Positions 24,205-36,250 of a DNA stretch of 64,000 nt are shown piece by piece. The stretch comes from Octopus bimaculoides (Eukaryota). The stretch spans positions 56,921,524 to 56,985,523 of the forward strand of contig NC_068982.1 in the NCBI RefSeq assembly GCF_001194135.2, given 5' to 3'. The position numbers and the translations under genes were made by a program. A model generated the notes under the pieces. That model was not told the DNA's origin. It saw only the letters and a program-made list of their open reading frames with translations, and ran no database searches. The stretch's first letter is position 1. Each line of letters starts with the position of its first letter.

Positions 24205-24325
24205 GTTGTGTGGACTGGAGCAACTTGAAATGAAAAGTTTTTCAAAAGAACACAACAAATTGCCAGGTTGGGGAATCGAAACCACAATCTTATGATCATA
24301 GATGCATTACTCTAACCACTAAGCC
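24205..24325 (-). mobile_element. tRNA-derived SINE head, decayed
   Basis: aagaacacaac...ggttggggaatcgaaaccacaatcttatgatc...ctctaaccactaagcc (reverse-complement A and B boxes). Confidence 0.6.
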
Positions 24326-24714
24326 GCGCGCACGCACACACACACATACGCACGCACACACTTTAAAATGGCCGCAACTCGATGTGAAACAATGCCATCA
24401 GTTCAATGTTCTCTAAAACATGAGCTATGCAGATATGGGTTTTCAGTTCTGCTAAGGACCTACACTCTTTGTATGTGTTAACGATGGGCGCCTCTTGTAG
24501 CAGGTGTTGAGAGAACTTACCACCCATGTCGGTACATGGCTATTATTTATTGAGTGTTTCGCCTTTCTTGGTTACGGCCACCCATAGTAACACACAAACA
24601 CACGTGCGTGTGTGCGTTTGGGTAAACAGAAACATAATCGCTCTTACACATGCACCGACACACGCATACAGTGTGTGTCAGGGAGAGAGATAGGAAATAG
24701 GATGGATATATATA

Positions 24715-24777
<63 letters not shown>

Positions 24778-25814
24778 NNNNNNNNNNNNNNNNNNNNNNN
24801 NNNNNNNNNNNNNNNNNNNNNNNNNNNNNNNNNNNNNNNNNNNNNNNNNNNNNNNNNNNNNNNNNNNNNNNNNNNNNNNNNNNNNNNNNNNNNNNNNNNN
24901 NNNNNNNNNNNNNNNNNNNNNNNNNNNNNNNNNNNNNNNNNNNNNNNNNNNNNNNNNNNNNNNNNNNNNNNNNNNNNNNNNNNNNNNNNNNNNNNNNNNN
25001 NNNNNNNNNNNNNNNNNNNNNNNNNNNNNNNNNNNNNNNNNNNNNNNNNNNNNNNNNNNNNNNNNNNNNNNNNNNNNNNNNNNNNNNNNNNNNNNNNNNN
25101 NNNNNNNNNNNNNNNNNNNNNNNNNNNNNNNNNNNNNNNNNNNNNNNNNNNNNNNNNNNNNNNNNNNNNNNNNNNNNNNNNNNNNNNNNNNNNNNNNNNA
25201 TATATATAAAGATATATATAGAGAGAGAGAAAGAGAGGAAGAGGGAGAGAGCAAGAGGGAGAGAGGAAGAGGGAGAGAGAAAGAGAGAACGAGAGAGGGA
25301 AAGACAAAAACAAAGATATAAACATATATGAAATGTTGAAAGGTTTCTTTTATTAAATTGGTTTAGACATTCTTATTTATATTGTAATAATTGCTGATTT
25401 TCTCTTAGAATGTGGGTGTGGATGTACTGTTGTGTATATGGCCCATAAAGTTAAAACGTCTTATAGATAAGTTCGTAAATATGTATATAAATATTTATTT
25501 CTGTACAGTAGCGACCTATCAGTCTAAATATCTATCTATAATTTTCTTCCTTGTATATAAGTATTAGACAAGTTCTAGAGCATTAAATGAACTTGACATG
25601 TGTGTGTGTATTTACATATACACATGCATATATGATAGACACACATCTGTGTATGCCTGTTATGTATGCATAATAGGTAAACGCAGACAGACAGACAGAC
25701 ACACACATATACACACTATACATACATATATACATATATGGATATACACACATGCACATTACTATTTATTATAAATACATATACAATAAGCAAATGTTTA
25801 TAAATGAAGGTATG

Positions 25815-25886
<72 letters not shown>

Positions 25887-26351
25887 TACACATTATATCA
25901 TACGCACACACACAGAGATATTGTTGGTGTAAGCATACATCTTATGAACTAACCATGCACATGCAGAACAATGCTATATACAATTAATAAAATATGAAAT
26001 TACCAATAACATTGTTATTGGTAATATATATATTTTTCTTAATTTGTTTCTCAAATTCTATAACCACCACACTCATTCAGAACACACCCCGATATTAAAT
26101 CTTCTTTGATGTAATAGCTTTAATCGATAGATCGAATTTTTCCTCATTCTATCGCTGGTCTAATAAAACAAGCCTCGAAGCCCTGAGGTTAATTGATATA
26201 ACACATTTAAATAGAAACAACCACAAGTTTGGTTCCAGTGGTCGAATAATGATGATTTTTACCAATATGTAGCCACAGGGAATATTATTACTAAGACAAC
26301 AATCGTGATAGCGGTGGTGGAGGAAGGATTTTTTTGAAATTGTCAAAATAA

Positions 26352-26439
26352 TTGTGGGTTGGAAGTTTGCTTCCCAGCCACATGGCTCCGGATTCAATCC
26401 CACAACATGCCACATCGGAAACTGAAAAAGTCCGTCGTA

Positions 26440-26470
<31 letters not shown>

Positions 26471-26722
26471 GATTGTGTGTGTGAATGTGTGTGTAGAAGT
26501 GTGTGTCTGTCTCTCTGTCTGTCCGCCACCACCACTTGACTACCGGTCTTTGTGTGTTTACGTCTCTGTAAATTAGTGGTTCGGCATAAGAAACTGATAG
26601 TAATAAGGATCAAACTTAGAAAATATAAGTATTGCGGTCGATTCATTCAACAAAAAAATTTCTCAAAGCGGTGCCCCAGCATGGCTTTAGTCTAATAACT
26701 GAAACCAATAAAAGAAGAAAGA
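26352..26722 (+). mobile_element. CORE-type SINE with CORE deletion and (TCTA)n/(TG)n linker
   Basis: Head agccacatggctccggattcaatccc; 3' module through gcggtgccccagcatggc..aataactgaaaccaataaaag. Confidence 0.8.
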
Positions 26723-27644
26723 TAATAATACAAATCCTTATTTTGTTTTCTATGTTCCCGAAGAAAAAGAGAGAGGCTTTCATTGGCTTGACTTGTTAGA
26801 AAACTTGACATCTCTTTCGTATCACTTTTTATCGTTTATATGTAAAGAGAAGACAAAATATGTAAAGACGAGGGAAGTCTTGGTCAAGAATTTAGATGTT
26901 CGATTCATATTGTTGCTGTTTAGGGCCAGTTGTGTTGTTATATGTTCACAAACACTCAAAATTGACTATTTAATCTTATGTTTGATTTAAGACCACCTTA
27001 TCAGGGACCACATTATCTAATATGTCCTTCGTCTTTAAAAGAGTGTAGCTTGTGATTTCAGCAAGATTTGGCTGTTATTTCTACCAGATTCAGCTCCGAT
27101 GTACAAAGCTTCTATGTGGTTCAACTGATGATGTCTGAGATGGCGTCTGATCAAAGGTTTTCAACTATGAACCATTCTGGTTTTTTCCCCGACATAATGA
27201 GTCTAGGACTCGTACATTATTTAATGTGTTTCTTTAAAAACTTTTAATGCGAAGGAAATTTCATTACGATTAATATTTCTAAAATGTAGTGAACAGTATT
27301 GATGATCCCTGATTGTCGATGCTGTTCATGATGTAGCTGTGCATATGTAATTTTGTTTCTTTTAGAGCAGGTCTTTCTTCCGTAGAACAAACAAACACAC
27401 ACGCGCGCACGCACGCACACAAATTTTTATACTATATTGTGTATTTGTTCGAATGTAAATTATAGAAGTTTGTGTTGTTTTTTTCGCAAAATACCCTACG
27501 GATTATATTTTGATTTTCGTCATTCGAGGTCGATTATGTAAGTACCTAATATAAACTGGTTAGAATTCAACGAACACATAATCTCAAATAAAATTTGGGA
27601 GCTATACCCCAACACAAAAATATTCCTGTATATAGGTACACGCG

Positions 27645-27777
27645 GGGCTGGATGGCAAAAAGTTTATTTCACAACCATATGTTCCGGATTCAGTCCCAAT
27701 GCAACCTTGGGTAAAAGTCGGGCCGACCAAAGCTTTATTAGAGGTATTGCTAGACGGAAACTGAAAGAAACTCATCG

Positions 27778-27859
<82 letters not shown>

Positions 27860-27920
27860 NNNNNNNNNNATATATATATATATATATATATGCATATATA
27901 TATGTATGTGTGTGTGTGTG

Positions 27921-27956
<36 letters not shown>

Positions 27957-28158
27957 GTGTGTTCTCCACCACCGCTTCACAACCTGCATTAATGTGTTTA
28001 CGTACCCGATAATCTAGCAGTTCGGCGAAAGAACCCGATAGAATAAGTACCACACTTAAAAAAATAGTACTGGCGTCAATTAGTTCGACTAAAACCCTTC
28101 AAGATGGTGCCCCAGAATGGCTGCAGTATGATGACTGAAACAAGGGAAAGATAAAAGA
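27645..28158 (+). mobile_element. CORE-type SINE with expanded microsatellite linker
   Basis: caaccttgggtaaaagtcgggccgaccaaagc...gacggaaactgaaagaa...(tcta)n(tc)n(ta)n(tg)n...gatggtgccccagaatggctgcag. Confidence 0.82.
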
Positions 28159-28414
28159 TATTTGTATGTTTTCCTTGTGATGAGCAAGTTGTAACTATCA
28201 GATAAAAAAGACAATTCCAAATATATTTTATTTTATCATTGCTTATAATACATATGAAGACGGTGCTTATAAGGAACGAGACCATCGTATCTTTCTGTTT
28301 TACCTCATGTAATAATATAAAACGTCTTTGAACGCAGCCAAAATGAAACCAACATTTTCTCGCCTGTTTTCTGCGTTTAAGTAACACCGGATTTGAAATT
28401 TAAGAGCTAATGTA

Positions 28415-28585
28415 TGAGCTTCTATGTGGTAGATTGAGTTGCTAAAATACACAGCTAAAGCTAACCCAAATCGCAGTTTGGCTATTGCAGTTCTAAATTC
28501 ACTGCACCTAAGAAAATATCAGGATGGTCACAGTTTGAATACCTTTGATCACACGTCTGCTCGACCAGGGCTTTCATAGGTTTGG
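28415..28585 (-). repeat. Family X repeat
   Basis: ggatggtcacagtttgaatacctttgatcacacgtctgctcgaccagggct. Confidence 0.65.
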
Positions 28586-28884
28586 ACAAGAACAGCTTTG
28601 AGTACCCTTGGAAACATAATATGCTTTGATAATATTTTTGATTTCGGCGATTAGATGAAAATTCTTACCTCTCGTGTTATATATTCCCTTTCAAAGAAAT
28701 CGAAATAGTATTTTTTCGGTGAGTATGAAACAGTAGCCCGGTGATCAGTAAAATGTGTCTGTGAACCAATATCAAAGCCATTTCACTTACAAGACCCTAT
28801 TATCTTGCTTAACGGTAAAGAAGAAGAAAAAGGAATTAGAACCAATACTTAAAACCGCGCAGCAAACTAAGTAGACCGATGTTT

Positions 28885-29065
28885 CTATACAGCAGCTCTT
28901 GCTTGGCTTCAAATCCGGTTCTGTGCGAATTGACTTATGATCAACTGTGTTTCGACATTCGTCTCGACATTATTTACCCTGGATTACATTATCAAATATA
29001 TCCATTTATAAGATGATAGGAAGTAATTTGAAGAATATTTGGTTGTTATTTCTAGCATGCCTATC
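28885..29065 (+). repeat. Family X repeat
   Basis: gacttatgatcaa...ggattacattatcaaatatatcc...aatttgaagaatatttggttgttatttctagca. Confidence 0.65.
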
Positions 29066-30472
29066 AACTTTGTCATTAGCTAAGGAGAATTTAGCTCAAC
29101 TTTAAAAGTATTTATTAGGTTTTCGATGCAATTTTTGCTTCGTTAATTATTTTTCATTATTTTCTCTCTAAAATATAAAAAAAAAATTAATGTTATTTTC
29201 CTTGTTATATTATTTCACTGATCTTACAACTGATTTACTCATACTGTCTCAGCAGATTTGTGTAGCAAAATATTTAACCACGCTTCATTTCACTGAAAGC
29301 ATCTATCAGAAATGAAAAGACGCGCCATTTTGAGGTAGAGGTGTTTTATTCAAATATTTAGTAGACGCTATTTGTCCGGATATTAGATGAACCATTAAGC
29401 GACTATAAGACAATAAACTCAGTGTTTATTCATATGAATATGCAGACATGTTAAAGAGTGCTCAGGGAAATGGTATATTGCCACGAGTTCTCGTGAATAC
29501 GCTGCTATAAATATTTGCATATTACTCTACTGACATGTACTTTATGTAGATTTCTCTTCTTCCTTATCCTTTCATTTTTCATTTCTTTTTTACAGACAAT
29601 CACACATGCTTATGTACACGTACATAGAGAAACAGACAATAACCAAAACTAAGATATTCACTATACAATGGAGGCTATTTATTTACCTTACATATGGAAT
29701 TAGAAATTTAACAATGCTCTTGCGAGATGCACATTAAATAAAATTGTAATGAAACATTATTCAACGAACATTTTCCCACAACACTATCTCAAGACATTTT
29801 GTCTGGCAGCCATTTTGTCCTGTGACATTTCCCCTAATGAATCATACTAAATTTAACGAGTTTGTAAGGATATAACAAAATACATAATTATTAGTACGCC
29901 ATTAGTTCAGTGTATATATATGATTAATTCATACATTACAAATAAAGAAGTGAAAATATTAACCTTGTTTATGTTTAACGCAATTTATTCGAAGCAAAAC
30001 CTTTGTAAAAGTGTCGCCGTTATATTTTATGTTTTAGTTTTAATGTTTTTCCGTTGAACAAAGATCACATGCCATTTAGTAAGTGATGACGTTCGAGCTA
30101 GCCGCGTATCTTCGACACGATTTCCAATCCGGTTGTAGAAGCCCACGTACTCCTAAATGTAATATTTCTACGAAAAGCCATAAATGCCACAACATCCTAT
30201 TTATTGACGTAGAAAATATACTGCATGCAGCATAACGTTGCATTTATATTCTATTTGTATATATGTATCTAGTTTTCTATCAATATGTTAAGCTATATGT
30301 CAACAAAGAAGAAAACATTTGTTAGATGAAGTTTGGCAGGTTCGAACTTCACAAGTGAATACATATCGGACGATGTGTTCGGACATCAAAAATACGCTTT
30401 CGATAAACCAAGCATAATGGAAGACAGGAGGGTAACTCTTGAAAACTGAGACAATTCATGGAGACGAAAATA

Positions 30473-30537
<65 letters not shown>

Positions 30538-31499
30538 GGAATGAAGAGGGGAGTAAGAAATATAAATAGCTGAACAAGAGAAAGTAATAGAAAGAGATAA
30601 AGCACGAAATTAAAATAGTGATAACCGTCATATTGCCTCAAATTTAAAATATTAGAAAAGCTAAATGTAGAGGCAGATTTATTTTACCTCAAAATATAAC
30701 TGGTACCATTAGGTGAATTTCAAAATTAGATACGGCACTTTCTATATTGGAATTTAAATACATCCATGATAATTAATCTATCAACTCTTGTTTATGTTGC
30801 TGCTGTTGTTGTTACGGTTTTTGATTTTTAGCCTCTGGTCAACACCAATGGTGCAGGCCTAAATTCAAATGTATTCCATCAATGAGCATCATGCCAAGTT
30901 TATTTGATCTTCAGCTTGAAAATTTGCAAATAGGTTTCTAGAAGGAAAACACAAGGGCTAGGAGAGAAATCTGGGTGGTTAAAGTACTGAGGCGAAAGGA
31001 TTGGGTGAAACATTTAGGATAAGAATAGAAGAATTCTGAGAAGTGAGTGAGTTACAGTAATTTTCATCTTATTGCTTTTGTTTTTTTGCTTTTAATCGCC
31101 CTCAGATTAAAATCAAAACAAAACAAAAACAGTACTAAGTAAGTATTGAGAAATTAGCAGAGTCGCTTGATTCGCGGATAGAATGAATGTCTCACAGAAT
31201 TCGTTGAGTCTCTCAGCGATCTGAATTAAAATATCTGCTGTACTTAGCTTTGTCTCTTATCCTTTGAAGGTCGATGTATATTTATAAAGTGCCAGTCCAG
31301 GGATGGTGGTTTGGTATAGTTGTGAAAGCGTCGGACGAAATTGCTTTATGGTGTCTGTTCCTGCTATTTGCGTTCTCGTTTCAAATCCTGCTAAGGTGCC
31401 AATGGTCGAAGCTAATCCCACGGATTCGAGAACAACTGGTCAATGGAAACAAGCTGACATATAACAAGAAAGAAAAACTAGCAGTGTTCTAATCAGGAG

Positions 31500-31925
31500 C
31501 TTTCCCTACGTTTGCAGACTGTATCTAGGATATCATTCTCTAGTGCATCCTTCATTGTTTAAATTTTTTAATAGGTAATACATATGAGAGGGAAATCGCT
31601 GCTATTTCTAGCAATCTGAGAGATCCCATAAGAACCACCATCCTTTGTTCTGCAGTGATTTTTTCATTCCTTCACATAGGCTCCCCCTGTTTGTGGTGGC
31701 TTATTGTTGCTGTTTTGTTCTTATCATTATTGATAGTGATATTGGTCGAGCGATGTTAACTTTCAGGTCGACCTACATCTAATAAACCAATGATCAAAAA
31801 CGTTGCAGCCGTGACCATCTCTTTTGCATAACAAGGACTAACATGTTACTATGTCTCCTTCATTTTAAGACAGAAATTTAGTTGCTTTTCCTTGCAGGTT
31901 CTCCAACCTCGTAAAGGCTCTCTCA
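31500..31925 (+). repeat. Two family X copies (about 31500-31635 and 31755-31925)
   Basis: gagggaaatcgctgctatttctagca; caatgatcaaaaacgttgcagccgtgaccatc. Confidence 0.6.
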
Positions 31926-32249
31926 TTACGAGGGAAATGTTATTGTTCGTCATGATAGTGGTTAGTTTGTGTTGTTACAGCCACTCTTTCTTTCTGCAAA
32001 TGATTTCGTCTTAAGCAGATTCTTGTGCACCAACGCATCAAAGCCAATCACACGATATTGACCGTAACACTTTTCTCATTAGAGCGTGACACTTGTCTCC
32101 ATGGTACGAATTTTATCCCGAAGTAGAAGTATTTTTTTTTTCTTTTGCCGAAGCTTTACTCGTTTTTGTGCCTTATCGGCTGTCACTGGACACTGAAGCG
32201 AATATACAGGATCACATGAACGGAAAGCTGACATATAAGAATGACAAGA

Positions 32250-32490
32250 CGATAATTTTCCAGTGCCTTATTGAGAGTGCAGTAAAACTATTAGAAAGTG
32301 TGCCTGTACTTCGAAAACCGGCTGCCTCTTTCCACAATTCTCTACAGTGTATATTTATTACTAGTTTTCAAACAAAGGTAATGTTGATTATTACGAGATA
32401 CAGAAGAAATCGATCCTGCATTTCAGAAGAATTTGTTGACGGTTCTTTCACCAAACATAAAACCATTCAGTTTGCATTCAATTCCATCAT
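32250..32490 (+). mobile_element. Possible Academ-like DNA transposase remnant inside ORF 32093-32506
   Basis: IESAVKLLESVPVLRKPAASFH...TRY...EEFVDGSFTKHKT..FNSI has the spacing of the recalled motif IE...LL.F.RA.R.GNW.LH...NYARY...EF..G.F.V.KT...F..I. Confidence 0.35.
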
Positions 32491-33472
32491 TATAATGTTT
32501 AGATAGAAAAGAAGAAGAAAGATGATGTGAGTGGGATGATGGTGATGAATAGTAAAAGGTTCATTCCAAACGAAATAGTAAAACCTCCTCCTAGCTATTA
32601 ATTGAAATGTTATCAAAACTGACCTCCCTAAGCAACATATTATCACATTTCCTTTAGCAACACAATCACATTCTCGCTTTCGCCGCATCATCACATCGCC
32701 GTCGCCTTCTTGTACAGTGGGTCAACCAACCTATAGTTGACACCAGCCACTGTCTCACACACCATTCTGTCTGTTTATTTCTCTCTAACTACATATCGAC
32801 TTCCAGCTAAAGCCCACTTACTCAGGAGCGGTGTTTTTATGTATGTATATATAAATACAAATGCAAATAAGAATTCTCTAAAGAAGATATTGGCATTTCG
32901 GAATAAATTGAATTGGACAAAAACGAGAGAGAAAGAGAGAGGGGGTGGAAGAGGGAGGAGAAGAGAGAAATCTACGGGTTTCGGTGAAAGTCACGCGTGT
33001 TGGAAACCTCTTAACGGTATTAAATTTCAAAGGATGATCCCTGTCCGTGGTACGGCTCCTAGATAAAGCTGTTTCTCCGATTCTGTACAGTATATTAACC
33101 ATGAAGAAAAAGAAGAAAATAAAACAAACTAACAAAGCAACAACACATACGAAATAAATCAACCTATGTGAAAGCATTGACTTTAGCGTATCTTATTTAC
33201 AGTTTCTATTTAATTTATTTACGGCTTTCTAGCTAAGTCTTCGACCCAAGGCGAATTTGTTTCGTTTTCGGTTCTTTAAAAGTTGCATTTGTCACTAATT
33301 CAATCAAACACATGTTTTAGTCTTGTTTATTTGTTCAGTTCCTTTCATTCAATTTTATTTTGCTTAGTTTCGTTGTACCCAATTATGCTACTGTTTAGCC
33401 CAAGGACGATCCTGGTCAAGAAGGCCTATGATTGATAACCTCGCAACTATGATCAATCTTATCTCCCTTGTA

Positions 33473-33675
33473 TATTCTTTTATTCTTTTATTTGTTTCAG
33501 CTATTTGACTGCGACCATACCGGAGCACCGTCTTTAGTCGAACTAATCGACCCCAGGACTTATTCTTTGTAAGCCTAGTACTTATTCTATCTGACTCTTT
33601 TGCCGAGCCGCTAAGTTACGGGGACGTAAACACACCAGCATCGGTTGTCAAGTGATGGTGGAGAGACGAACAGAA

Positions 33676-33732
<57 letters not shown>

Positions 33733-33884
33733 GGATGGGCTTCTTTCAGTTTCCGTCTACCAAATCCACTGACAAGGCTTTGGTCGGCCCGATGCTATAG
33801 CAGAAGACACTTGCCCAAGGTGTCACGCAGTGGGACTGAACCTGGAACCATGTAGTTGGTAATCAAGCTACCTACCACACAGCC
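33473..33884 (-). mobile_element. CORE-type SINE, full length
   Basis: Complete head, CORE-like accttgggcaagtgtctt, (TA)(TG) linker, 3' module and aaataaaagaataaaga tail. Confidence 0.92.
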
Positions 33885-34394
33885 AACAGAGTTGTTGATA
33901 TTTCAAGGATATAAACATTGAATTTTGTATATTTGTTCATTATTAAAACAGCTGTGTATTTTGAGAGATTTGGCTGTTATTTTCAACAAGTAGAGCAATC
34001 ACGTAAGTTTGTATATTTTATTATTATTCGAATAGGTAAACGTAGATTCGTCAATAGACGGAAAGCCTTAGCATCGTAAAATGAAGAGAAAGATTATAGG
34101 TGGATGAATCATGTACGAATTCCTTTCGGTTCAGCCGTTTTCAGTCCCCTGAAAACTAAGCATCAGTGCTTAAAACGCAGGGGAGTGGAAGATTGCTAAA
34201 TGACAGACATTAACAAGGAGGTTTGTTTCCGCATCGAAAGTTGTCAAGATCTCTGATATTCATATTTCCCATCTAATTAGGATGAATGATAAATTAGTAG
34301 TAATATGAGTATGTGTTTTACGTTTATAAATTCGTTTTGCAAGATTCCCGATTAGAAATCGTGTGTTGAAACAAATATTGTTATATTTAGGGGT

Positions 34395-34850
34395 CTTTTT
34401 TTTTCATACCAAATAAACACACCCTCTATATATTCGTTATTCACTCATTTATTAATGTTCTTTTTTATCTTATGTCCATTGTCTGGAAATCTTTCGTGAC
34501 GCATCTGTGACCTCTTCAGTGACCCTTTCTATCCACGTCTATGCTCCAGCTCCGCCTAGTTCATTCTGTTTTATGTCTATCCTTATTTGCGCATACGTTT
34601 GCGTCTGTGTTTGTGTGCGCGCGCACGCGCGTGTACATGCGCATGTCTATGTTTATTGCATGTGTGTGTGTTTATTGGCTTGCCCAGACGGAGCAGGAAG
34701 ATATACGTGGATGGAAAAGGTTGCTGAAGAGATCACAGATGTCTGACGAAAGATTTCCACAAAACGGACACAACATAAAATAAAAACAATAATAAACGAG
34801 TAAAGAACGAATATATAGTACGTGTGTTTATTTGCCAAAAAGAAAAAAAA
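34395..34850. repeat. Long imperfect inverted repeat (arms about 165 bp, about 80% identical, about 120 bp TG-rich spacer)
   Basis: e.g. ggaaatctttcgtgacgcatctgtgacctcttcag versus the reverse complement of ctgaagagatcacagatgtctgacgaaagatttcc; pairing extends to caaataaacacac / gtgtgtttatttg. Confidence 0.85.
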
Positions 34851-35042
34851 GTGGCAATGATGCATTTCTAAATCTGTAAGAGAGACTTAAGCAGTAGTGA
34901 TACGATAAAGTAGTTGTATGTTGTCAACTTAACGTGACACTCCCAAGAAGGGAATCATACTACTGCTATTTAGCCCGAGTAAGCTGCACCGCTTCCTGTC
35001 GGCGTTGACACATTTCCTGTGTCCTTATGTTTATGAGGGGGA

Positions 35043-35147
35043 GACAAGCACCTACACCCAGCCAAGCCTGCAGCTAGGGACATGTTTCTGAGTTTTTGCT
35101 CGTCATCAGCCTGGAGTAGCATGACTTGCTGGCTGAAGATGCCTGTC
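35043..35147 (-). ncRNA. Type I hammerhead ribozyme motif with long stem I (Schistosoma-like)
   Basis: Minus strand: CCAGG / CTGATGA / CGAG-CAAAAA-CTCA / GAAAC ATGT C / CCTAG; distal stem GACAGGCATCT pairs with AGGTGCTTGTC at 11/11 including two G.U. Confidence 0.72.
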
Positions 35148-35251
35148 AAGCTCTCGTAAACATATAATAACTCTAGTGAATCACATTCATTGATTTCAAA
35201 ATTAGAAATGATCATCCCGAAATATAACAATACATTGTTCAGCCCTAAATA

Positions 35252-35462
35252 CGAAGGGATGCTGAGAAGTTTTTGGCTTTGGATAAAAGGAAGGAGGATC
35301 AGTTAATTATGATTTTATCTAACATATTCCCCTCTCAGATTCACACACTTATTGCAGCGGTCCTTCAGTTTTTCTAAGCCTTGTAAAAGAACTAGAAAAG
35401 TTGGACCTCCAGCCAAGTGTTTCACGATACCCTTTAAGCCAGGCGCTTTTCAGCACCTCGCG
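35252..35462. mobile_element. Mariner-type MITE, 211 bp
   Basis: TA flanks (35250-51, 35463-64); imperfect TIRs cgaagggatgctgagaagtttttggctt / aagccaggcgcttttcagcacctcgcg. Confidence 0.72.
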
Positions 35463-35609
35463 TAAGTATGTGTGGGTATTTATGTATGTGTGCGTATGTA
35501 TGTGTGTATATGTGTGTGTGGACATCTATGTAAGTATAGTTATACATCGGCGTGCATAGATACCAATTTCTATACATGCGTATACATCTCTTCCTCCTTC
35601 CACACCATG

Positions 35610-35674
<65 letters not shown>

Positions 35675-35733
35675 NNNNNNNNNNNNNNNNNNNNNNNNNN
35701 NNNNNNNNNNNNNNNNNNNNNNNNNNNNNNNNN

Positions 35734-35775
<42 letters not shown>

Positions 35776-35899
35776 ATTGTATTTACACACACAGACACAC
35801 ATACATCCTGCTTTACTTTCAGATATAGTATATCCTGATATATCAGATATAGTATGTCCCATCTTAGCTTCAAAAACAAAAATGTGGTTATAGATTGAT

Positions 35900-35930
35900 A
35901 GACAGACAGACAGACAGATAGACAGACAGG

Positions 35931-35983
<53 letters not shown>

Positions 35984-36216
35984 TAGATAGTAGAGAAAGA
36001 GAAAGACAGAGAGAGGGAGAGAGAAAGACAGAGAGACAGAGAAAGACACTGAGAGAGAGAGAAAAACAGGGAAAGAGAGAGTAAGATAGAGAGAGTAAGA
36101 TAGAGAGAGTAAGATAGAGAGAGTAAGNNNNNNNNNNNNNNNNNNNNNNNNNNNNNNNNNNNNNNNNNNNNNNNNNNNNNNNNNNNNNNNNNNNNNNNNN
36201 NNGGGAGGGAGGGAAG

Positions 36217-36250
<34 letters not shown>
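35900..36250. repeat. Compound (GACA)/(GATA)/(GA)n tract with a 14-bp minisatellite gagagagtaagata (about 4 copies)
   Basis: Direct observation; contains a gap. Confidence 0.9.

Noticed and set aside
30345-30446. Open segment SNFTSEYISDDVFGHQKYAFDKPSIMEDRR
   Set aside because: Weak pyrimidine tract and donor; not recognised; within chance expectation.
34970-35230. 86-aa minus-strand ORF (LLQADDEQKLRNMSLAAGLAG)
   Set aside because: No convincing domain; the GC-rich block is better explained by the hammerhead structure.
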